A stretch of 64,000 nt of DNA. Source: Camelus dromedarius (Eukaryota). Positions 56,851 to 64,000 of this stretch are shown here, piece by piece; position 1 is the stretch's first letter; every line of letters starts with the position of its first letter. The position numbers and the translations under genes were made by a program. The stretch covers positions 84,880,001 to 84,944,000 of the forward strand of contig NC_087436.1 in NCBI RefSeq assembly GCF_036321535.1, read 5' to 3'. Below the pieces are notes generated by a model. That model ran no database searches, had not been told where the DNA came from, and saw only the letters and a program-made list of their open reading frames with translations.

Positions 56851-57477
56851 TGAACATATCTTTATTTTCAGATGTTTTAAAAATGCAAACATTTTAAAGG
56901 TTTAGTGGCCACTTCAACAGTTCCTTCTCTGTGATAGCAGGCAGGCGCAATATTAATGCATATTAAAATCGAATACTTTGGAAAAGGGAAAAAAAGGCAT
57001 GCTTGAACTTTTCACTTCAAGTATCTTTCGGTAAAGGACTCCTGGACGCCATCAGATTTTATTTTTCTGGTCCATGATTTATCCTAACTATTTTTCTGGG
57101 CAAGCTACATCCTGAAGGATTCCTTACCAAATTCTTCACAGAGGTTAGGGGCCTAACATCACAGAACTTTATGAATATTGGGGAAGACCATCTACTCATT
57201 GTATCAATGTCTCCTTCCCTTTCATAGGAGATGTTTTACTCTATTAGGATCATATCAAATTCTCATGAATCCAGATATGGAAAATTTTGATTACCAACAT
57301 CTACCACATACAGAATGGCTAGACTTTGGAGAACACATAAAATCTACTCTTGTTTTGGTTATCAGAAACATTGAAGGGGTCTGAGCTAATTGCAAAGCAT
57401 CATAATCTTTTTCCTTTAGCCCTTTTCTAGGCTATTGCTGATTTTTTTCTCTTCTTTTTTTTTTTTTTAAACTTTAA

Positions 57478-57560
57478 CTATGTCTAAAGAAGAATAGGTC
57501 ATTTCACAGTTTGCCAAATGAAGTACAGCTCCAACTTTGCCAGACCATAATCTGTCAAGA
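57478..57560 (+). pseudogene. CNBD-like locus exon (LCLKKNRSFHSLPNEVQLQLCQTIICQ-E)
   Basis: Consensus donor GA|GTAAGT, phase 2, joins 61541 to give GAA (E). F-x-x-L-P...L-C pattern of the CNB N-terminal helices. The polypyrimidine tract ends in AA instead of AG. Confidence 0.8.
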
Positions 57561-60500
57561 GTAAGTGACACAAAAATATTCCATTTGGATCTTGGCAGTT
57601 CCCTAAGAAAAGCAGTGGCCGATGGTGAATAGAGTTTAACAAAACTTTAAAGACAAAAGACATGTTACAAATTGAATACTGACCAAAAGAAATATGTAAT
57701 AATTGGCGGTTTGTGCTTTGAACTGTAGTGTAATGATGAATTTTCAAACCAACCTGAGGGAAACTAGGATTGAAACTAGGACAAAGGCTAAAACTTACAA
57801 GCAAAATACCAAAAAAAAAAAAAAAAAAAAAAAAAAGACTGGACTACCAAAACAGTCCATTTGCTTATCCAGAGAAAGGAAAAACATGCAAAATATGTTA
57901 GGTAAGGTACCCTGAATTTTATGATAAAGGTTGAAGTTGACATTTGCAATTTGGGGTTACCCAAAATCCTTTGAAAAAACTACATTTTTGTGGTATTTCT
58001 CCATAATGTAAACCTTACCATCTCAATGTAGCATATTAACAAAAACAAAACAATGTAACAAAAACTACCTTTTCTAGACCCTCCCCACTTTCTTTTATAA
58101 ATACTTGGTTTAGATTCTGACAGATACATATTCATGACATTTGGTTTGCAATTAATACATGTGGGTGAAGAGGTAGGACATGGAACATCCATTTTGCTAA
58201 TTCAGGAACTAGCGAAAACCACATGATTCTTTGTTCAGATGTGGTAGCACCAGTTTCCTGACTGTGGTGGAGACAAACTTTGGTTCTGGGGTCTGCTTAG
58301 CATTTTCACCAAAGTTATTCCTGGAAGTTTGGCTTAGAAACTACTTCACTAACCTTTCCAAAGATTCTATAAGCTATCTAATACCTGTAGTGAATTCTTT
58401 CTCTCGCTCAATCAATCAGAGTGGATTCTGTTGTCTGCAACCCAGAACCCTGTTTAATACAAGATCTATTGTGTATGTGAATCTTTCTTGGAAAAAGTTT
58501 AAAATGTAGCATTAACATGAAGTCTCATCTTAAAAATCATGGATATTTAGAAATTTTAATGGAGAGTTACTTATATTAAGCACTAGTTCATTTAGTGAAG
58601 ATTGATATTGAAATTTATTCAAAATATCCTTTTAAGTGGAGAACAAAACCAAATATGAATCAGTGTATCTATTAATAGTAATGTTCATAAGCTCTTCTCA
58701 GAGTTCAATATATAATATACATATATAGCCATATGTATATTAATGAAGACACTTTTATTTTTGAATGTGGAGGTATTAAATCTTTCTTTTTCTGTTCCTA
58801 ACAAAAATACTCTGATTTCTGTATTTGTTAGGCTGGAGCAGTTGTATTTATATGCCTAACAAGAAAAAAATTTTGAGGAAGATGATAATTCAAATCAAAC
58901 CATGAATATTCACAAGTGCATCAAGTGCTCTGGAAGTATAAAATTAAATGTTTCAGCATGAGAAACCTATTTAGTATTGGCATTCCTTCACATCACTCAT
59001 GTAGGCTCCTGAAGGATCATTCTGGAGTTACAATAGTAATACAAAAGTAGAGTACAGGCCCTTGTGAATATTTTATGGTTTATTGTATATGTGGCATTCT
59101 TAAATTTTAATGCCGCAGAAGAAATGGATAGCCCTGGAATCCTTGTGTCAGTGAGATAGAGAGGAGACTGGTGATCCAATTAGTAAATGGGCATCTGGCA
59201 GCCAAATGATGCACTTCAAAACTTGGCTGAGAATGACTGGCTGTCATCCACACTTTCACAATATAGAGGCGAGAAAACAGAATGTGGAGTCCTCCTGCTC
59301 TTTCTGTGATGCTTTAAATCCAGTTGAGTCTTGAATACCAGACCTTTTCCATTACAGTGCTTGTCATAAATATATTAGTTCTCAGTTCCACATGGCTTCT
59401 CCTTCCTTTTCCGTCACTTACTTATTGTTGGCCTCATTCTCATGACTCCATGGTGGTCCTATTGACTGTTCTAGTCTTAGTTCATAGAAACCAATCATTA
59501 TTTTGAGGATATTTCTGTGATATGGCAGTTACTTCAGGAATTTTTGATATTTTTTTCAAGTCTACAGAGTTTAAGCAGTAGTTTTTAAAAATTTCTGTCT
59601 ATTAACATAAACAATCAAAAGTCAGGAGTCTTCACATTGTGATCTTGTGTGATCCTCTTCCCAAAAGCAGTGAAAATAGCATTTTGAAATTTCTCCTTGT
59701 ATTGTTTCCTTTGGAACAAAAATCCTAATTCTTCCAGTAACCATTTAACTTTATTTTTAAATTCCATTCATTTGTATCATTACACTCTATATGCTGAGAG
59801 ACAGTCTGCTTTGAGCCTCTTATGTTCCTACACATCTTGCTGAATGTGCCAAAATCCCAAGGCTTTGACTGTTCTTTTGCTTGGGCCATTTCTCAAATTG
59901 TTTATTCAGCTAACAGTCCTAACAAAGTAATGCATTGCACTTCTTCATGGCACCTGGTCTCCTTCCAGACAAACCAGCTTGCTTACTGCCTGTTATGAAA
60001 GCAGCAGATTCCCAAAGCTCAGGGTTCCTCCCCGTTACCCACTCCACTGCATATGCAGGCTCCACTGAGCCCTCCCCATTGCCTTGAGGGACTTGGGGAC
60101 TGATGCAGCAATACTGATACTCTTGTTGGTCCTTTTGCTGCAACTAGTAAAGTTCTTTGTCTCTTGACTCATGAGTCCCATGTCTTCTGTGAGCATCCAT
60201 GGAACTGTGGCTTACTTACTGCTTATATGGCTATTTTGCTGGGGTTTTTCCTGCTTCTAATTCTCCTTCACATCATCAGGCTTATTAAAGTAGGGCAAAA
60301 TCCCAATTTGGTTTATAAAATACCTTCCTTTTGAATAATTTAAATCAATGTTATATATTCTGTTTTTCCCCTAAAACATTATTATGAGGAATGTAGATAC
60401 AGGTTTATTACCATTTTATCAATGGGGATTTGGAGGTTAAGTGATTTTCTCAAGATTATTTAAGTAATTCATTGTAAATCAAGGGCTAGAATTCAGACTT

Positions 60501-61540
60501 TCTTACTGATATCACAGGGATGGGGTGTCTTTGGTTATATAATAACTGCCATCTTCTTTCCCACTAATGTTCTCTGTAATGACACCTGCCTAATTTAGAA
60601 TATAGAAATTATAACTGCTCTTCTAGGAAGAAAGAATTCTGGGTAGCATAATTACTAAATAAAAATCATAAATTATCCCAATATTTCATAGAACTTCTCA
60701 ATATTTCATAGAACATGTTCTGTTCTGGTCTTCACAATAATTACTCATATCAGAAAAACAAAATAAATAATGTTTGCTCTTAGCCTCAAATACAATGTTC
60801 CTTAAAAGTGGTCCTCATCAAAATGATCTGGAGAGCCTTTTAAGTATACAGGTTCCTGGGGCCTATCCCAGACCTACCAAATCAGAATTTCCAGGGTATT
60901 AAGGAGTCTTGACTTTTTAAAATCAAATGTCCCAGGTTATTTTTATGTCAATTAAAGCTTACCATGCATGACTACTATGGGTAGTTGTTTCTAGAAGCTA
61001 AGGGTGGACAAACTCCTGTTCTCTGGCTGAAGACCTGTGAACAGAGGAAAGTAGCAGATTCACAAAGCTGATTATGTATATAGTACTTTTAAAAAGTCTT
61101 GATAAAAGGAATGCAAGTCAAATCAAATTTATGTCCTCAAAAAGGCAAAGATCTGGCTTTACACCATGAATTCAGCAGTAATGGTTTTTTAAAATGCCTA
61201 TATTTTGCGAAAGAGCAGGGCTCATCTAAGGAATTAATTTGTATGGCGACCTTTTGTGGTTGTGTGACACCTCTGTTTGCCTATTCGTAAATCCACTCAA
61301 TATATATTCATCGAGTGTCTACTTTCTGAGCCAAGTGTCATTCTAGGCACTGATGCTACAGCAGTGGACAGGTTGGCAAGGATCCCTGCCTTCAAGGTCT
61401 TTACCAGAAGAGGATGAGAATTGCTTCTTAATAAAAAATAAAATTCTTTACAGATGAAGATGACAGAATTTTGCTAGCCAATAATGACTTCAAACTTGCC
61501 ATTTTGCAGAAGAGATGTTTTTAATATTCTTTCTCCCCAG

Positions 61541-61700
61541 ATTTGAAGCTGCAAGTATGATTCTAAGACAAGGACATGTACCCTTGGAATGCTACTTGAT
61601 TTTTGCTGGATATTTAAAGGTCATGTCAAGTAATACAAACATATGCAAAAATACCAACTCTGAAATTTTAAGTGAGTTTGAAGAAGACAACTTCATAGGA
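61541..61700 (+). pseudogene. CNBD-like locus exon, CNB beta-barrel (FEAASMILRQGHVPLECYLIFAGYLKV...EFEEDNFIG)
   Basis: Acceptor ttctttctccccAG, donor GGA|GTAAAT, 160 nt open. I-x-R-Q-G...Y-x-I-x-x-G-x-x-x-V and F-x-G motifs of CNB domains. Confidence 0.88.
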
Positions 61701-63079
61701 GTAAATACTGTCTCAATTTCCCAGTCTCTCATCATCATTTTTTTAAATTAAAATTTAAAAAAGTATGTGTCTCATTGCATTAAAATAATTAGCATGGTAT
61801 GCTATAGTATTGTCCTTGAGCATTAAATATTTCAGTAATTGAATTGCTTAGAAGAAACATATTTTTCCTTAGCATTGTAGAACCAATATATAGTCTAATA
61901 TACAGTTTGTCAATGTACAGGACATACAACAAGATTCATAAATGATTGCTCTATGAATGACTGACTAGTTAAATGAATGAATTACAAACAGTGTAGCTCT
62001 GGAGGTAGGGTGGTATTAAAAAATACAGAAATTATACCAAAACAGTTACTGATTCAAGGAGTTCTTTTTGATTCATTAAAGAAATTTTGTGCTTCCAAAA
62101 GATTTTATGCAAAAGGGGTAAGATTTAGGCTAAGAAAGTAGCTTATGTGTAATTATGTAATGATAAAACTTGGTTCATTTCTGTATTTAGTCAAGGGTGG
62201 ATTGGATTTAGAGATTCTTGAATCCATAAGTCCTTAAGTGTAGAGGTCTTGGGAGGTGAGAGCAGTTGCTGGGATTGAGGTCAGATATGGTATTGGAAAC
62301 GCTGCCAAAGAGTCTGGACTTAATCCTACAGGCAGTGGAGCTCCTTGAGGGTTTTTAAGTAGGGGAGAGATGGATCAGATTAACATTTAGGTAGACGACC
62401 GGTGCGATGAGGTGGGGTTTATATTAGCAGATGAAGGACAACATAGAATTGGAGAACAGCTGGGAGATCAATAAGCAGACCCTGGACCAAAGCAACGATC
62501 CTCGGGATACCAATTAGGAGATGAATTCAAGACATTTTATTGGCAACAAATTCAATGAGAAGGGCAAAGGAGAAATAACAGATATATTTCTAACAATTTT
62601 CAATAAAAACAAAACCTTATTTTTCCATGGCATTCCCATCGCTAAATTAATTATGAATCATCAGTGGGTAAAAAAAAATTTCTTGGTAGGTTGAGCAGTG
62701 GTTAAGGAGTTGGCCAGCCTGGGACTAGTGAACCATTCTAGTGAGGGAGGTGCTTTGGAGGCACTCTTAGAACCTGATGATCCTTGTGGACTCCAAGGTC
62801 TTCCTGGGGATCAGTGACTGGTAGTGTTAGATGGAGCCTCAAAGGTCATCTACACAAAGTCTTTCACTTTACACCTTAGTGAATGGAGAACCAGGACAGT
62901 TAAATGAATTGCTCACAGTAACATAGTGACGGAAATGGGAGTAGAATCCTAAATTTTGAGCTCTGTTCACGCCACTGGGCTGCCCCAACTGTGTGCAGAG
63001 CAAATGAGCCATTGGTTTTTCAACCAAAGATAAGAAACTTGGAGATCATCCGGACCAGTGTTTCTCAACCAAAATCTGT

Positions 63080-63410
63080 ACTAGTCAGGGTTTTCCAGAG
63101 AAAGAGAACCAGTAGGGTATATCTACATATCTATATGTAGATTTAGTATAAGAATTGACTCACGTGATTATGGAGGCCAAGAAGTCCAGTAATCTGCCAT
63201 CTGCAAGCTGGAGAACCAGGGAAGCCAGGAATTCAGTCTGAGTCCAGAGGCCTGAGAACCCGGGGGACCAATGGTGTAAGTCCCAGTTGGATTCCAAAGG
63301 ACTGAAAATCAAAGGGCCAGTTATGTAAGGCCTAGTCCGAGTCTGAAGGCCCGAGAACCAGCAATGCCAGTGTCTAAGGCAGAAGATAGATGTTCCATCT
63401 CAAGCAGAGA
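63080..63410 (+). mobile_element. MLT2 (ERVL) LTR
   Basis: tagtcagggttttccagagaaagagaacc...gcaagctggagaaccaggg. Confidence 0.8.
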
Positions 63411-63946
63411 GATTTTGAATTCCTGCTACTCTCCTTTCTCTAGGATAATCCCCCCTTGATTCTTTACTGCTACATCTTTTTCAACATTATAATCATAAAA
63501 AAGTGTTACGATTTTGTACGCGGTTACACTAACATCATCCCCCTTCACTGAGCATCATAGATCCAGGTCAGCATCTCTGCCCCAAGTTTGCTGTCTTCAG
63601 AACAAAGCATCCTTTTTTCCTGAGCATTGAATGGAGCTGGGGCACAGCCTTGTGCGTGTTTGTTTACCATGCTGCTGTTTTAGCACGTGATGTATTCCAA
63701 ACGAAAGACTCATTCAACCAAGCTTCTGTTTTTATACAGTAGTTTGTCCAAATTAATCCTGCTGGGGCTGGCAGATAATGTGAAAGGAAAGTATTTATTA
63801 ACTCTATAAGCCCAAAATTTACTTAAAAAATAATTTGCTTAAAATGATGCATACTTAAAATTTCACACGTTCCCAGATTTTCATGGTAAGAAAAATATCA
63901 GAGCTGAAATTGTTCTACAAGAGATGCATTTGTTTTTATTTTTCAG

Positions 63947-64000
63947 GAAATCTACCTTTTAACTAATGCCAATTGGCCCGCTTCGATTTTATGTAAAACA
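63947..64000 (+). pseudogene. CNBD-like locus exon, phosphate-binding cassette (EIYLLTNANWPASILCKT...), truncated by window end
   Basis: Acceptor with a T-rich tract ending tttcAG (63945-63946). Phase 0 join completes G-E-x-x-L-L...(R>W)-x-A-S-x-x-C. Confidence 0.85.

Larger units (their letters stand above)
44930..64000 (+). pseudogene. Multi-exon cyclic nucleotide-binding domain gene (CNBD1/CNBD2-like), apparently inactivated; continues beyond the window
   Basis: Exons ~57478-57560, 61541-61700 and 63947-64000 splice in phase to LCLKKNRSFHSLPNEVQLQLCQTIICQE-FEAASMILRQGHVPLECYLIFAGYLKV...EILSEFEEDNFIG-EIYLLTNANWPASILCKT, a CNB fold pattern. Upstream exons at 48613 and 50999. Stop, frameshift and splice lesions present. 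Confidence 0.8.

Noticed and set aside
57178..57384. 68-aa ORF with an acceptor-like site at about 57227
   Set aside because: No recognisable homology, no good donor, and it does not fit the CNB domain order.

Overview
Mammalian (eutherian) genomic DNA, AT-rich and dense in L1, LTR, MIR/L2/L3 and DNA-transposon relics. No Alu, BovB/Bov-A or PRE-1 SINEs were seen, and the short L1 3' tails look artiodactyl, possibly camelid (tentative). One intact gene is present: EXOC1L on the minus strand, 3 coding exons (20110-19990, 11802-11672, 6348-6082), 172 aa, canonical splice sites and an AATAAA. The main discovery is a second, plus-strand multi-exon locus that the ORF track does not assemble. It appears to start at a CpG island at about 44.05-45.07 kb, divergent from EXOC1L, and continues through exons at 48613, 50999, ~57478, 61541 and 63947 off the right edge. 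The last three exons splice in phase into a cyclic-nucleotide-binding (CNB) domain resembling CNBD1/CNBD2-type proteins. The locus carries apparent lesions: an in-frame TAG, a probable 1-nt frameshift, a missing acceptor AG and Trp at the phosphate-binding Arg position. It is best read as a decaying unitary pseudogene of a CNBD2-like gene.
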